Assembly: GCA_004297465.1 (NCBI GenBank)
Contig: SCUB01000020.1
Coordinates: 38,183-102,182, forward strand
Source of the DNA: Xanthobacteraceae bacterium
GTDB taxonomy: Bacteria > Pseudomonadota > Alphaproteobacteria > Rhizobiales > Xanthobacteraceae
Reading direction: 5' to 3'
DNA: 64,000 bases
Within the stretch, counting starts at the first letter, position 1, and every line of letters starts with the position of its first letter. Both the position numbers and the translations under genes were made by a program. Positions 19,789 through 30,371 of the stretch are shown here, one piece after another. Under the pieces are notes generated by a model. It was not told the DNA's origin and ran no database searches. It saw only the letters and a list, made by a program, of their open reading frames with translations.

Positions 19789-20777
19789 GCGGGCCCATCC
19801 TTGGGCGCGGCGGCGCGCGCCAGCCGGTCGTTGATGGCTTCGCCGAGGCCCTCGCGCGGCACCGGCGCCGCCGCGATGGTGGCCGCGCCCGAGCCGTCGA
19901 GCGCGCGCAAATGGGCAAACAGCCGCGCCGCCGCCTCCATCAGGTCGCCGCGTGGTGACAGGTTGAGCACGACGGCGGCCTGGTCCGCGCCCGGCGGCAG
20001 TTGCTCGCCGAACGCCAGCAGCGCCTCGCCGGGAGCAACCGACGTGGCGTCGAGTCGCAGCCGCGCGCGTGGCGCGTAATGCGAGGCCAGCATGCCGGGC
20101 GCGGCCGGGGCCTCGCCCGCATGCGCCGCCGGTTCGCGCAAACGGTATCCCAGCACGCGCTCGATGTCGGCGCGCGCGATGCCGCCCGGCCGCAGCAGCG
20201 TCGGCGCCTCGCAGCAGCCGACGATGGTGGATTCCAGCCCGAGCGCAGTGGCGCCGCCATCGACCACGAGGTCGATGCGGCCGGCGAGGTCATCCATCAC
20301 ATGGGCGGCGGTGGTCGGCGACACGTGGCCCGAGGCATTGGCCGACGGCGCCACCACCGGGCGGCCGAACGCCCGCAGGATGGCGTGGGCGAGCGGCTGG
20401 GCCGGCACCCGCACCGCGATGCTGTCGAGCCCGGCGCTGGCGAGGTCGCACACCGGGCATTCGGGCTCGCGCGGCAGCACCAAAGTCAGTGCGCCGGGCC
20501 AGAAGGCTTGCGCCAGCGCCAGCGCCGCGGCGTCGAAACGAGCGATCTGCCTGGCGGCGGCCAGATCCGCGACATGGGCGATGAGGGGATTGAAGGCGGG
20601 CCGGCCCTTGGCGGCGTAGAGCCGGGCGACGGCTTCCGCATTGGCGGCGTCGGCCCCGAGCCCGTACACGGTTTCGGTCGGAAAGGCGACGAGGCCGCCT
20701 TCATCCAGGCAGCGGGCGGCGGCGGCGGCGGCGTCCGCGTCGGCAGGAATGGTCCGGGTCCTCAGATGCACCGTCAT
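19785..20777 (-). CDS. L-threonylcarbamoyladenylate synthase (Sua5/YwlC/TsaC family, with Sua5 C-terminal domain)
   Basis: G.VAFPTETVYGLGADA, KGRP..NPLI.HV and SAN.SG motifs. Length is consistent with the two-domain Sua5 type. Confidence 0.85.
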   Translation of the reverse strand: MTVHLRTRTIPADADAAAAAARCLDEGGLVAFPTETVYGLGADAANAEAVARLYAAKGRPAFNPLIAHVADLAAARQIARFDAAALALAQAFWPGALTLVLPREPECPVCDLASAGLDSIAVRVPAQPLAHAILRAFGRPVVAPSANASGHVSPTTAAHVMDDLAGRIDLVVDGGATALGLESTIVGCCEAPTLLRPGGIARADIERVLGYRLREPAAHAGEAPAAPGMLASHYAPRARLRLDATSVAPGEALLAFGEQLPPGADQAAVVLNLSPRGDLMEAAARLFAHLRALDGSGAATIAAAPVPREGLGEAINDRLARAAAPKDGPA

Positions 20778-20884
20778 TTTTTCCGTTTTTCCCGGCATTT
20801 CTGGCCCGGCCGGGAATTCCTAGTTTGATCCAATTCCCGTCCTTGCGGCGCGCGAAACCCGACGCTATAAGACCGGCCTCACGT

Positions 20885-20961
20885 CGGAGTGTGGCTCAGC
20901 CTGGTAGAGCACCTCGTTCGGGACGAGGGGGTCGCAGGTTCAAATCCTGCCACTCCGACCA
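20885..20961 (+). tRNA. tRNA-Pro (anticodon CGG)
   Basis: Folds by hand into a cloverleaf: acceptor CGGAGTG/CACTCCG, D arm GCTC..GAGC, anticodon stem CCTCG/CGAGG with loop TTCGGGA, T arm GCAGG-TTCAAAT-CCTGC, discriminator A, encoded CCA. Confidence 0.93.
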
Positions 20962-21111
20962 TTTCCCCTCCCGCAATTTCCCCTTCCTAACCGACAATTC
21001 CGCCTGGGGCGAGTAGGCCGGCCCCCCGAAAACAGTCATGACATGGCGGCGTTCCGGCGCTGGCGTTGGCGGCCAATTCCGTCTAATCCACGGGCCGGGA
21101 GTACCTGTCAC

Positions 21112-22188
21112 ATGCCGCAGACCATACCGGAAGTCCTCAAGGCCTTCGCCGCCGGCGAAATCATCGTTGTCACCGACGATGAGGACCGCGAGGGCGAAGG
21201 CGACCTCATCGTCGCCGCCTCGCTGTGCACGCCGGAGAAGATGGCGTTCATCGTGCGCCACACCTCCGGCATCGTCTGCGCGCCGCTGACCGGCGATGCC
21301 GCGCGCCGCCTGCGGCTCGATCCGATGGTGGCGCACAACGATTCCGCGCACAGCACGGCGTTCACCGTCTCGATCGACTACAAGCCCGGCATGACCACCG
21401 GCATCTCCGCCGACGAGCGCACCGCGACCTGCCGGGCGCTTGCCAATCCCAACGCCGGCGCCGCCGATTTCGCCCGTCCCGGCCACATCTTTCCGCTGAT
21501 CGCCAAGGACGGCGGCGTGCTGTTCCGCGCCGGCCATACCGAAGCCGCGGTCGATTTCTGCACGCTCGCCGGACTGCCGCCGGTCGGCGTCATCAGCGAG
21601 CTGATGAACGACGACGGCACGGTGATGAAGGGCGAGCAGGTGGTGCGGTTTGCCGCCCTGCACGGCCTCAAGCACGTCACCATCGCCGATCTGATCGCCT
21701 ACCGGCAGGCGCGCGAGAAGCTGATCGAGCGCGTCTCGTCGTTCACCTGCGACAGTCCGATCGGCCCGCTGCAGGGCTATGCCTACTGCTCGCCGTTCGA
21801 TCCGGTCTACCACGTCGCCTTCGTCTACAACGGCGTCGGCGACGGCAAGAACGTGCTGACGCGCTTTCACAAGCCGAACATCATCCATGATCTCGTCCAC
21901 GGCTCGAAGCGCGTTCACGCGGCGCTCGAACACTTCCGCAAGGAAGGCCGCGGCGTGCTGGTCTACCTGCGCGACGGCGCCGCCGGCGTGCCGGTGACGC
22001 CGATCGACGAGGCGGTGTCGGCCGAGGACCACCGCCGCCGGCAGTGGCGCGAGGTCGGCGTCGGCGCCCAGATCCTGCGCGATCTCGGCATCAGCTCGAT
22101 CCGGCATCTGACCTCGACCACCCACGACTACAAGGGCCTGTCGGGATTCGGCATCGAGATCATCGGCAAGGAGCCGTTCGACGGCTGA
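21112..22188 (+). CDS. ribB: 3,4-dihydroxy-2-butanone-4-phosphate synthase with a GTP cyclohydrolase II-like C-terminal domain
   Basis: N-terminus EVLKAFAAGEIIVVTDDEDREGEGDLIVAA and the HTEAAVD motif are canonical RibB. The C-terminal half resembles RibA but I cannot confirm its catalytic residues. Confidence 0.85.
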   Translation: MPQTIPEVLKAFAAGEIIVVTDDEDREGEGDLIVAASLCTPEKMAFIVRHTSGIVCAPLTGDAARRLRLDPMVAHNDSAHSTAFTVSIDYKPGMTTGISADERTATCRALANPNAGAADFARPGHIFPLIAKDGGVLFRAGHTEAAVDFCTLAGLPPVGVISELMNDDGTVMKGEQVVRFAALHGLKHVTIADLIAYRQAREKLIERVSSFTCDSPIGPLQGYAYCSPFDPVYHVAFVYNGVGDGKNVLTRFHKPNIIHDLVHGSKRVHAALEHFRKEGRGVLVYLRDGAAGVPVTPIDEAVSAEDHRRRQWREVGVGAQILRDLGISSIRHLTSTTHDYKGLSGFGIEIIGKEPFDG

Positions 22189-22209
22189 AGCCGTGGGACG
22201 GCGCGGGAC

Positions 22210-23160
22210 ATGGCCATGAGCCGCGACGACGAATCCGACGACGACATTCCGTTCAACCGCGACTTTCCGCTCGCGCCCGCGCGGGTCGAGCAGGTGGCGC
22301 CGGGCATCCGCCGCATCGTCGCCGACAATCCGGGCGCGTTCACCTTCACCGGCACCGTGAGCTACATCGTGGGCACCGGCAAGGTGGCGATCATCGATCC
22401 CGGCCCGCTCAACGACGCCCATCACGCGGCGCTGCTCGATGCCGTGCGCGGCGAGACGGTGACGCATATCCTCGTCACCCACACCCATCGCGACCATTCG
22501 CCCGGCGCCGCCCCGCTCAAGGCCGCGACCACCGCCACCGTCTATGCGGAAGGTCCGCACCGCGCCTCGCGGCCCAGCCATGAAGGCGAGCAGCCGGTGC
22601 TGGAAGCCGGCAACGACCGCGATTTTTCTCCCGACATGCGGCTCGCCGACGGCGACGTCATCGAGGGCGGCGACTGGCGGCTGGAGGCCGTCACCGTGCC
22701 GGGACACACCGCCAACCATGTCTGCTTCGCCTGGCCGGAGCGTGGCGCGATGTTCGTCGGCGATCACGTCATGGGCTGGTCGACCAGCATCGTCGCGCCG
22801 CCCGACGGCTCGATGAACGACTACATGGCCTCGCTGCAGAAGATCGCGGCGCGCGGCGAGGATCTGTATTTCCCGGCGCACGGGCCCGAAATTCCCGAGG
22901 CGCGCCGCTATGTGCGGTTCTACATGCGCCACCGCAAGGCGCGCGAGGCCTCGATCATGCACCGCCTCGCCAAGGGCGCCGCCGACATCCCGACCCTGGT
23001 GCGCGCCATCTATATCGGCATCGACCCGCGCCTGGTGCCGGCGGCAGGGCTGTCGGTGCTGGCGCATCTGGAGGATCTCACCGAGCGCGGCATCGTCGTC
23101 ACCGATGGCCCGCCGGTGCTGGCCGGCGTCTATCGCTTGGGCGCGCGCTTGCCGGGCTGA
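22210..23160 (+). CDS. MBL-fold metallo-hydrolase (housekeeping type)
   Basis: THTHRDHSPG (HxHxDH) and the later PGHT.NH motif. Confidence 0.8.
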   Translation: MAMSRDDESDDDIPFNRDFPLAPARVEQVAPGIRRIVADNPGAFTFTGTVSYIVGTGKVAIIDPGPLNDAHHAALLDAVRGETVTHILVTHTHRDHSPGAAPLKAATTATVYAEGPHRASRPSHEGEQPVLEAGNDRDFSPDMRLADGDVIEGGDWRLEAVTVPGHTANHVCFAWPERGAMFVGDHVMGWSTSIVAPPDGSMNDYMASLQKIAARGEDLYFPAHGPEIPEARRYVRFYMRHRKAREASIMHRLAKGAADIPTLVRAIYIGIDPRLVPAAGLSVLAHLEDLTERGIVVTDGPPVLAGVYRLGARLPG

Positions 23161-23984
23161 ACGCTTTTGGCGGCGGGCTGCGCTTTCTTCGCCGGCTTGG
23201 CGGCGGCATCGACCGCTTCGTTGATGTCATCGATCAGCCGCGTGACGCGCGCCGCGTTGGCGCCGAGGTCGTGCTCGAAATAGCGCGATGACGAACGCAG
23301 GTCGATGCGCGAGCCCTCGCCGTCGGCCATCACCCGCACCACCACGTCGTCGCGGAACCCCATGACCGGCGAGCGCGCCACCGCTTCGATGTGGCCCTCG
23401 CGGCGCGGCTGCGGCGGGCGGGCATCGACGATGCGCCAGCGCCGCTTGGTGATGAGGTCGAGCGTGACGTCGTAGGCCTTCTGCGGCGCGACATCGAGGC
23501 TGACCGGCTCGATGTCGGGATAGGCCATCTGCTGCTGCTCGGCGGAATAGAGCCCGGCGTAGGCAGCGGCGTTGGCGCCGTCGCCGCCGCGCAGCCGCGC
23601 CAGCGCCTCGAACCTCGGCGGATCGATCGGGTCGGTGGTGACGTCGTAGATGCGCGGCAGCCTGTAGAACTGCACCGCCAGATAGGCCGGGTAGGCAAGA
23701 ATCAGCGCATCGAGCAGCAGGGCCGCGAAGATGACGCTCATGCCGCGCGAGCCGTTGCGCCAGATCGCGGTGAAGCCTGCGAGCGCCACCAGGATCGACA
23801 GGCCGGCGCAGGCCAGCGCGCCGAGGAAGGTGGCGAGCGCGGGGCGGATCTCCAGGAAGCCGAACCGCACGATGATGATCGAGACGATGGCGGCGATCAT
23901 CGCGAACACCGCGAGATGGCGCGCCCACGCCGCCAGCGGCGACACCGGCTCGAGGTGAAGGGGGGCGGCAAGCCTGCGGGCCAT
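23130..23984 (-). CDS. DUF1499-domain membrane protein
   Basis: Four N-terminal TM helices, then a C-terminal region (…V.R.P..GF.DD.V.R......GS.ID.RS.SR.G..DLG.N..R) recalled as DUF1499. Confidence 0.6.
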   Translation of the reverse strand: MARRLAAPLHLEPVSPLAAWARHLAVFAMIAAIVSIIIVRFGFLEIRPALATFLGALACAGLSILVALAGFTAIWRNGSRGMSVIFAALLLDALILAYPAYLAVQFYRLPRIYDVTTDPIDPPRFEALARLRGGDGANAAAYAGLYSAEQQQMAYPDIEPVSLDVAPQKAYDVTLDLITKRRWRIVDARPPQPRREGHIEAVARSPVMGFRDDVVVRVMADGEGSRIDLRSSSRYFEHDLGANAARVTRLIDDINEAVDAAAKPAKKAQPAAKSVQPGKRAPKR

Positions 23985-24034
23985 GTCTATTCCAGCGTCT
24001 CGATAGTCAGAGCGGACGGGTTTCGTGACTTAAG

Positions 24035-25666
24035 CTAGCCGCCGCCCGCCGGCAAGACGTGGTCGCGGAAGATGTCGCGCAGCGCGGTCTTCTTGATCTT
24101 GCCGGTGGCGGTGTGCGGAATTTCGTCGACGAACACCACGTCGTCGGGCATCCACCACTTGGCCACGCGCCCGGTCATGAAGCCGAGGATGTCCTCGCGG
24201 GTCGGAACCTGGCCCGGCTTGGGCACGACGATGAGCAGCGGCCGCTCGTCCCATTTCGGATGCTTGATGCCGATCACCGCGGCTTCCGCCACCTGCGGAT
24301 GGCCGACCGCGAGATTCTCCAGCGCGATGGTGGAGATCCATTCCCCGCCCGACTTGATGACGTCCTTGGAGCGGTCGGTGATGCGCATGTAGCCGCCGGC
24401 GTCGATGGTGGCGACGTCGCCGGTATCGAAATGGCCGTCGCCGTCCAGCACGTCGGCGGCGTCGCGGAAGTAGCTCGACGACACCGCCGGCCCGCGCACC
24501 TTGAGGCGGCCGAAGGTGGCGCCGTCGCGCGGCAGCACGCGGCCTTCGTCGTCGGTGATCTCCATCTCCACCATGAACGGGGTGCGGCCCTGCGATGTCT
24601 TGACGTCGAGCCGCTGGTCGGCGGCGAGGCCGTCGTGGTCGGCGGTCAGCGTGCAAACCGTGCCGAGCGGGCTCATCTCGGTCATGCCCCAGGAGTGGCG
24701 CACCTCGACGCCGTATTTGTCCTCGTAGGTCTCGATCATCGAGCGCGGCGCGGCGGCGCCGCCGATGATCATGCGCTTGAGGTCGGGCAGCATGGCGCCG
24801 GTGGCTTCGAGGTGCTGCAACAGCATCAGCCACACCGTCGGCACGCCGGCGGTGAAGCTGACCTTCTCGGCCGCCATCAGCTCGTAGACCGAGGCGCCGT
24901 CGAGCCTGGCGCCGGGCAGCACCAGCTTGGCCCCCGACATCGGCGCGTTGAACACCAGCCCCCAGCCGTTGGCGTGGAACATCGGCACCACCGGGAGAAC
25001 GACGTCGCGCGCCGAGCTGCCGAACGTGTCGGGCGTGTTGGTGATGAGCGCGTGCAGCACGTTGGAACGGTGCGAGTAGACCACACCCTTGGGATTGCCG
25101 GTGGTGCCGGAGGTGTAGCACATGCCGGCGGCGGTGTTCTCGTCGAACTCGCGCCAGGCGAAGTCGCCATCGGCTTCCGCGAGCCAGCTTTCGTAGGCGA
25201 CGGCGTTGTTGAGCGACGTCGCCGGCATGTGCGCGGCGTCGGTGAGCACGATGTAGCGCTCGATGCCGGGCAACTGCGCGGCGATCTTTTCGACCAGCGG
25301 CACGAAGGTGAGATCGAGCATCAGCACGCGATCCCCGGCGTGGTTGATGATCCAGGCGATCTGCTCGGGAAACAGCCGCGGGTTGACGGTGTGGCAGATC
25401 GCGCCGATCCCCATGATGCCATACCAGGCCTCGACATGGCGCCAGGTGTTCCACGCCAGCGTGGCGACGCGGTCGCCGAGCCGGATGCCGTCGCGATCGA
25501 GCCGCTGCGCCACTTTGAGCGCGCGCCCGTGCAACTCGCGATAGGTGGTGCGGTGGATCGGTCCCTCGACCGAGCGCGACACGACGGCGCGTCCGCCATG
25601 GTTGAGCGCGGCGTGATCGATGATCTTGTGGCACAACAGCGGCCAGTCCTGCATCAACCCGCGCAT
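24035..25666 (-). CDS. long-chain/medium-chain fatty-acid--CoA ligase (AMP-dependent synthetase)
   Basis: AMP-binding motifs [12 protein letters not shown] and DTGD....D..GY..I.DR.KD.I.SGGE.I, plus the terminal TATGKI.K. Confidence 0.9.
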   Translation of the reverse strand: MRGLMQDWPLLCHKIIDHAALNHGGRAVVSRSVEGPIHRTTYRELHGRALKVAQRLDRDGIRLGDRVATLAWNTWRHVEAWYGIMGIGAICHTVNPRLFPEQIAWIINHAGDRVLMLDLTFVPLVEKIAAQLPGIERYIVLTDAAHMPATSLNNAVAYESWLAEADGDFAWREFDENTAAGMCYTSGTTGNPKGVVYSHRSNVLHALITNTPDTFGSSARDVVLPVVPMFHANGWGLVFNAPMSGAKLVLPGARLDGASVYELMAAEKVSFTAGVPTVWLMLLQHLEATGAMLPDLKRMIIGGAAAPRSMIETYEDKYGVEVRHSWGMTEMSPLGTVCTLTADHDGLAADQRLDVKTSQGRTPFMVEMEITDDEGRVLPRDGATFGRLKVRGPAVSSSYFRDAADVLDGDGHFDTGDVATIDAGGYMRITDRSKDVIKSGGEWISTIALENLAVGHPQVAEAAVIGIKHPKWDERPLLIVVPKPGQVPTREDILGFMTGRVAKWWMPDDVVFVDEIPHTATGKIKKTALRDIFRDHVLPAGGG

Positions 25667-25808
25667 CGCATGATCCTCCGTTCCGCCCGCATGCGATCAA
25701 CCTAGAACAGGATCGGACAAAGGGGAATCCGGTTTGCGGAAATCACAGCCTGCATGCCGCCGGCGGGCGGCATTGGCAAGACCGGCCAACCGTGCCAAGA
25801 CCCCCCGG

Positions 25809-26630
25809 ATGCAGGACCGGAACACAATCAGGCGCCTGGGCGCGCTCGCCGCGCTCGTCGCGCTGCTGGCGCCGCAAGCGGCGGCCGCCGCCGAGACCGT
25901 TCCGTTGCCGCGCCCGCGCCCGCCGGAAGCGCCGGCCTTATCGGAGACCGCGCCGCGAGAGGTGGCGCCGCCGTCGGCGTGCCGGCTGGCGCTGACCGAG
26001 GCGATCGCCATCGCGCCGTCGGTGCCGCCGATCAGCGGGCCGGGCGCATGCGGCGGCGACGATCTGGTGCGGCTGGAAGCGGTTGTGCTGGAAGGCGGCG
26101 GCAAGGTGGCGCTCAAGCCGCCGGCGATGCTGCGCTGTACCATGGCGAGCGCGCTCGCCCACTTCGTGCGCGGCGATCTGGCATCGCTGGCGGCCAGAAG
26201 CGGCTCGGCGCTGCAGGAGATCGACAACTTCGATTCCTACGATTGCCGCGGCCGCAACCGCGTGTTCGGCGCCCAGCTCAGCGAGCATGGCCGCGCCAAC
26301 GCCATCGACATCCGCGGCGTGCGCCTGGCGAACGGACAGGTGTTCGGCTTCACCGACCGCCGGCTGGGGCGCGAGCTGCGCGAGGCGGTGCGCGGCATGG
26401 TGTGCGCGCGCTTCGCCACCGTGCTGGGGCCGGGGTCCGACTGGTACCATGAGGATCACGTCCACCTCGACCTTGCCGAGCGGCGCGCCAACATGAAACT
26501 GTGCCGGTGGGAGGTGTGGGACGCGCTGCCCGACATCGCGCCCCTGATGCCCGCGCCGCGCCCGGCTGGGGCGCCGCCGCGAGCGGAGGAGGACGGTGGG
26601 GACGACGGCCAGGAAGAGCCGCGCGAGTAG
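25809..26630 (+). CDS. extensin-like domain protein
   Basis: Signal peptide and a proline-rich stretch. The C-terminal domain (…SYDCR..N.......SEHG.ANAIDI........WYHEDHVHLDL) is typical of the bacterial extensin-like C-terminal family. Confidence 0.7.
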   Translation: MQDRNTIRRLGALAALVALLAPQAAAAAETVPLPRPRPPEAPALSETAPREVAPPSACRLALTEAIAIAPSVPPISGPGACGGDDLVRLEAVVLEGGGKVALKPPAMLRCTMASALAHFVRGDLASLAARSGSALQEIDNFDSYDCRGRNRVFGAQLSEHGRANAIDIRGVRLANGQVFGFTDRRLGRELREAVRGMVCARFATVLGPGSDWYHEDHVHLDLAERRANMKLCRWEVWDALPDIAPLMPAPRPAGAPPRAEEDGGDDGQEEPRE

Positions 26631-26701
26631 GGACAACCCCGCAATGAAAAAGCGCCGGTCGCGACCGGCGCTTTGAAATCCGGCGAAGTCCGGTCGCTCG
26701 C

Positions 26702-27403
26702 CTAGTGCGCCGCCGAGACGCCGCCAGTAAGCGCGAGCTTCGGATTGTAGGGCGAATCGCCTTCCCGGGGCGCCAGCACGACGACGATGGCGCCGAGCTT
26801 GACGCGGCCGTAGAGGTCGATGACGTCCTCGTTGGTCATGCGGATGCAGCCCGACGAGATCGAGGCGCCGATGTATTCCGGCTGGTTGGTGCCGTGGATG
26901 CGGAACAGCGTGTCGCGGTTGCCCTGGAAGAGATAGATGCCGCGCGCGCCGAGCGGATTGTCCGGTCCGCCGGCGAGTTGGGCGGGCAGGCCGGGGATGC
27001 GCTTGTGGATGTCGGCGGTCGGCACCCAGCGCGGCCATTCCTGCATGTTGCCGACGCGCGCGATGCCGGAGAACGCCAGCGCTTCCTCGCCCACGGTGAT
27101 GCCGTAGCGGATCGCCTTGCCGTTCTCGAGCACGTAATAGAGGTAGTGATTGTCGGAATCGACCACCATCGAGCCGGGCGCTTCCTTGCGGTGATAGTCG
27201 ACGATGGCGCGGCGGTACGGTTCGGCGACCGGGATCTTGGCGTAGCTCGCCTTGGCGAGATATTCCTTGTCGCGCGGCTTGAGGTTGATGTCCGAGGCCG
27301 CCTCGAAGGTCGTCTGCATGCAGCCGCCGAGCAGGAGGCCGGCCAGCACCACGCCAAGCTTGCCGCCAAAAATCAGTTTTCCGGTCACCGACATTCCGCT
27401 CAT
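26702..27403 (-). CDS. L,D-transpeptidase (YkuD domain) lipoprotein
   Basis: Lipobox-like LLLGGC near the N-terminus. Catalytic motif IHGTN.P..IG...SSGCIRM. Start is uncertain (27403/27394; the ORF runs to 27571). Confidence 0.85.
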   Translation of the reverse strand: MSGMSVTGKLIFGGKLGVVLAGLLLGGCMQTTFEAASDINLKPRDKEYLAKASYAKIPVAEPYRRAIVDYHRKEAPGSMVVDSDNHYLYYVLENGKAIRYGITVGEEALAFSGIARVGNMQEWPRWVPTADIHKRIPGLPAQLAGGPDNPLGARGIYLFQGNRDTLFRIHGTNQPEYIGASISSGCIRMTNEDVIDLYGRVKLGAIVVVLAPREGDSPYNPKLALTGGVSAAH

Positions 27404-27696
27404 TCCTGCGTTTTCAAAGATCCGCGATAGCGAACGGCCCACATCGTCCATTGGCGCTTTCGTGTGCCCGGACGAAGGGCGACGTTGAATCCTCCGTCTA
27501 ATATCCTGAACATAGCTTAATGATCCAGCGCCGAAGTCGCAAAACGGCGTTCCGACCGGGGCATGTTGCATTTATGCCGCAACAGGCGAACCCTTGCGGT
27601 CGGCGGCGGCCTCGGCCTGCTTGCCCGAATCGGGCGGATGGGCGTTGCTTTTGGTGAGGGGTGGTTGCCCTTGCCGTCAGATTCGGGGTTTGGTCC

Positions 27697-28671
27697 ATGC
27701 TCACCGTCTATCTGCCTTCCGGGGCAGGCCTGGTTCCGACGGATATTCCGGGCGGCGAGCCGGTTCCCGGCACCGCGATATGGATCGACCTGCTGTCGCC
27801 TCTGCCCTCGGAGGACGTCGCCGTCGAGCGCCTGATCGCCGCCCCGATCCCGACCCGGGAGGAGATGCAGGAGATCGAGATCTCCAGCCGGCTCTATGTC
27901 GAGGACGGCGCGCTCTACATGACGGCGACGCTGATGTGCGCCACCGACACGCCGACGCCGCGCACCACGGAAGTGACCTTCATCCTCGCCGGCCATCGTC
28001 TGGTGACGGTGCGCTATGACAATCCGCGCCCGTTCGCGCTGGTCGCCACCAAGCTGGGGCGCACCTTTCCCGAGGGCGGCGGCGGTCAGGCGGTGATGCT
28101 GGAGGTGCTCGACGCGGTGATCGACCGGCTCGCCGATATCCTCGAACGCGCCGCCGGCGAGGTCGACCAGGTGTCGCGCGACATCTTCGAGCCGAACCCG
28201 CGCACCGGACATTCCCGCCGCTACGCCAATATCCTGATCGCCATCGGCAGCAAGGGCGATCTCACCTCGAAGATCCGAGAAAGCCTGGTCTCGATCGGGC
28301 GGCTGCTGCTGTTTCTCAGCAACGAGACCGAGGCCGCGCACTGGGGCAAGGAGGTGCGCGCCCAGCTCAAGACCATGCACCGCGACGTGCAGTCGCTGTC
28401 CGACCACGCCTCCTATTTGTCGAACAAGATCACCTTCGTGCTCGACGCCATGCTCGGCGTCGTCAACCTCGAGCAGAACAACATCATCAAGCTGTTCTCG
28501 GTGATGGCGGTGGTCTTGATGCCGCCCACCCTGATCGCCTCGATCTACGGCATGAACTTCCGTCACATGCCGGAGCTGGAAACTCCATGGGGCTATCCGC
28601 TGGCGCTGCTGTCCATGCTCGCCGCCGCCGTGCTGCCCTACCTGTGGTTCAAGCACAAGAAGTGGTTGTGA
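27697..28671 (+). CDS. corA: magnesium/cobalt transporter CorA
   Basis: C-terminal YGMNF motif followed by two TM helices. Length and charge pattern are typical of CorA. Confidence 0.88.
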   Translation: MLTVYLPSGAGLVPTDIPGGEPVPGTAIWIDLLSPLPSEDVAVERLIAAPIPTREEMQEIEISSRLYVEDGALYMTATLMCATDTPTPRTTEVTFILAGHRLVTVRYDNPRPFALVATKLGRTFPEGGGGQAVMLEVLDAVIDRLADILERAAGEVDQVSRDIFEPNPRTGHSRRYANILIAIGSKGDLTSKIRESLVSIGRLLLFLSNETEAAHWGKEVRAQLKTMHRDVQSLSDHASYLSNKITFVLDAMLGVVNLEQNNIIKLFSVMAVVLMPPTLIASIYGMNFRHMPELETPWGYPLALLSMLAAAVLPYLWFKHKKWL

Positions 28672-28688
28672 GAGGTATTGCCTTTCCC

Positions 28689-29040
28689 TCGTCATGCCCG
28701 GGCTTGACCCGGCATCCATCTTTCTTCGCAAAGCTGATCTTCACGAGGCCGATGGATTGCCGGGTCAAGCCCGGCAATGACGGGCGGAGAGGTCCGAGCC
28801 CGGCAATGACGAGTGGAGAGGTCAGGCCCCGCCATGACGCATTGAGAGTTCGCGCTGACCTTCCCCCTCGTCATGCCCGGGCTTGACCCGGGCATCCATG
28901 GGGCTCTCCGCGACTTGGGCTTCGCAAGCTGGATTGCCGGGTCGAGCCCGGCAATGACAGTGGAGAGGTCCGCGCCCGGCCATGACGAGTGGAGAGATCC
29001 GACCGGGCATCCACGCAAGAAGCCCGGCATCCACGCAAGA
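28689..29040. repeat. REP/MITE-like palindromic element cluster (at least two full units plus partial arms)
   Basis: Full units at about 28689-28782 and about 28868-28958, each with arms GTCATGCCCGGGCTTGACCCGG / CCGGGTC(A/G)AGCCCGGCAATGAC. Additional CCCGGCAATGACGAGTGGAGAG half-arms follow. Confidence 0.9.
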
Positions 29041-29072
29041 GGGAAGGCCATGGCGTCAGGGCTGCTCCGGCT

Positions 29073-29714
29073 TCACGGATAGAGCCGTTCCTTCACCCAC
29101 GCCTCGCCGGCGCTTTCGCGCGTGAACGCGACGCGGTCGTGCAGGCGGAACGGACGGTCCTGCCAGAATTCGATCGCCAGCGGCACGATGCGGAAGCCGC
29201 TCCAGCCCGGCGGGCGCGGCACGGCGCCGACGCCGAACTTGGCGGCATAGCGGGCGATCGCCTGCTCGAAGGCAAAGCGGCTTTCGAGCGGCTGCGACTG
29301 CCGGCTCGCCCAGGCGCCGATCTGCGAGGTGCGGGCGCGGCTGGCGAAATAGGCGTCGGCCTCGGCATCGGTGACGCGCTCGACCGGCCCGCGCACCCGC
29401 ACCTGCCGCCGCAGCGACTTCCAGTGCATCACCATTGCCGCTTTCGGCTGGCCGGCGATCTGACGGCCCTTGGCGCTGTCGAGGTGGGTATAGAACACGA
29501 AGCCCGAGGCATCGAAGCCCTTGAGCAGCACCATGCGCGCGTCGGGCAGGCCCTCGGCGTCGACGGTGGCCAGCGCCATGGCGTCGGGGTCGTTCGGCTC
29601 GCTCTGCGCCGCCTCATCGAACCAGGCGGAAAATAATCGGAATGGTTCCTCGGCGTCGGTGAAATCACCAGTCGTTAACCACCCGGGGTGTTTGATCGGG
29701 GGAGTGTCGTTCAT
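29073..29714 (-). CDS. pdxH: pyridoxamine 5'-phosphate oxidase
   Basis: P.AM.LATVD..G.P.AR.VLLK, IEFWQ.R..RLHDR and the terminal RLYP are canonical PdxH strings. Confidence 0.9.
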   Translation of the reverse strand: MNDTPPIKHPGWLTTGDFTDAEEPFRLFSAWFDEAAQSEPNDPDAMALATVDAEGLPDARMVLLKGFDASGFVFYTHLDSAKGRQIAGQPKAAMVMHWKSLRRQVRVRGPVERVTDAEADAYFASRARTSQIGAWASRQSQPLESRFAFEQAIARYAAKFGVGAVPRPPGWSGFRIVPLAIEFWQDRPFRLHDRVAFTRESAGEAWVKERLYP

Positions 29715-29731
29715 GAGTTGGAGTATCCCCG

Positions 29732-30250
29732 GTGCGTCGTCTGGTTCCCAGTGCCGTCTGGCGCGGCGATCATCATGGGGTCCGTTATAGTGCAACAGGC
29801 TCTTTGCGCCACTGGCTGGGGCGCCTTTCCGCCGCCGGCGTCCTGTTCGGGATCGCCGTTGCCGGCTCCGGCTGCAGCTACCGCCTCGAATCCATTTTCT
29901 TCAAGGACAAGGTCTCGGCCGGCCCCGAGATCACCGGCTCGGTCCCGGTCAAGGCGGTGACGGTGGAACCGCTCGCCGAGGCCGATCTGGTCCATGTCCG
30001 CGCCGCCGCCCTCGATGCCATGGGCCGCAGCGGCAAGGACATCAGCCAGCCGTGGGAAAATCCGTCCACCGGCGCGCGCGGCATGGTGACCCCGCTCTCG
30101 CATGCCTACGAGACGGACGGCCAGACCTGCCGCGACTTCCTGGCGAGCTATGTCTGGAAACGCGCCGAGGTCTGGATGCAGGGCGAGGCCTGCCGGTTTG
30201 CCGAGGGCAAATGGGAGATTCGCTCGATGAAACCGTGGAAAAGGTCATAA
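29732..30250 (+). CDS. surface-antigen-like lipoprotein (17-kDa antigen / RT0821-type)
   Basis: Lipobox-like AVAGSGC. The C-terminal segment W.NP.TG..G...P.......G..CR.F........E.W.QG.AC is recalled from this family. Start is uncertain. Confidence 0.55.
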   Translation: MRRLVPSAVWRGDHHGVRYSATGSLRHWLGRLSAAGVLFGIAVAGSGCSYRLESIFFKDKVSAGPEITGSVPVKAVTVEPLAEADLVHVRAAALDAMGRSGKDISQPWENPSTGARGMVTPLSHAYETDGQTCRDFLASYVWKRAEVWMQGEACRFAEGKWEIRSMKPWKRS

Positions 30251-30371
30251 ATGGCCTCGCGCGGCGTCCGGTTTAGCGCCGGCGCCCGTTGCGGAATAGC
30301 CACGAACACCCCAGATATGCAGCAGTTGCGGGCTGTTTTTTTCGGGGCTTCCATTGGAGACGAGCCAACAC

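Noticed and set aside
20962-21111. FMN (RFN) riboswitch upstream of ribB
   Set aside because: I looked for the conserved RFN core segments (for example the GGGCGGGGTGAAAGTCCCC-like and CCGACGGT...AGTCCGGATG-like blocks) and did not see them in these 150 nt. A covariance-model scan (Rfam RF00050) would settle it.
20896-23067. 723-aa minus-strand ORF
   Set aside because: It is antisense to ribB and the MBL gene and runs through tRNA-Pro. It has no motifs and shadow-ORF composition.
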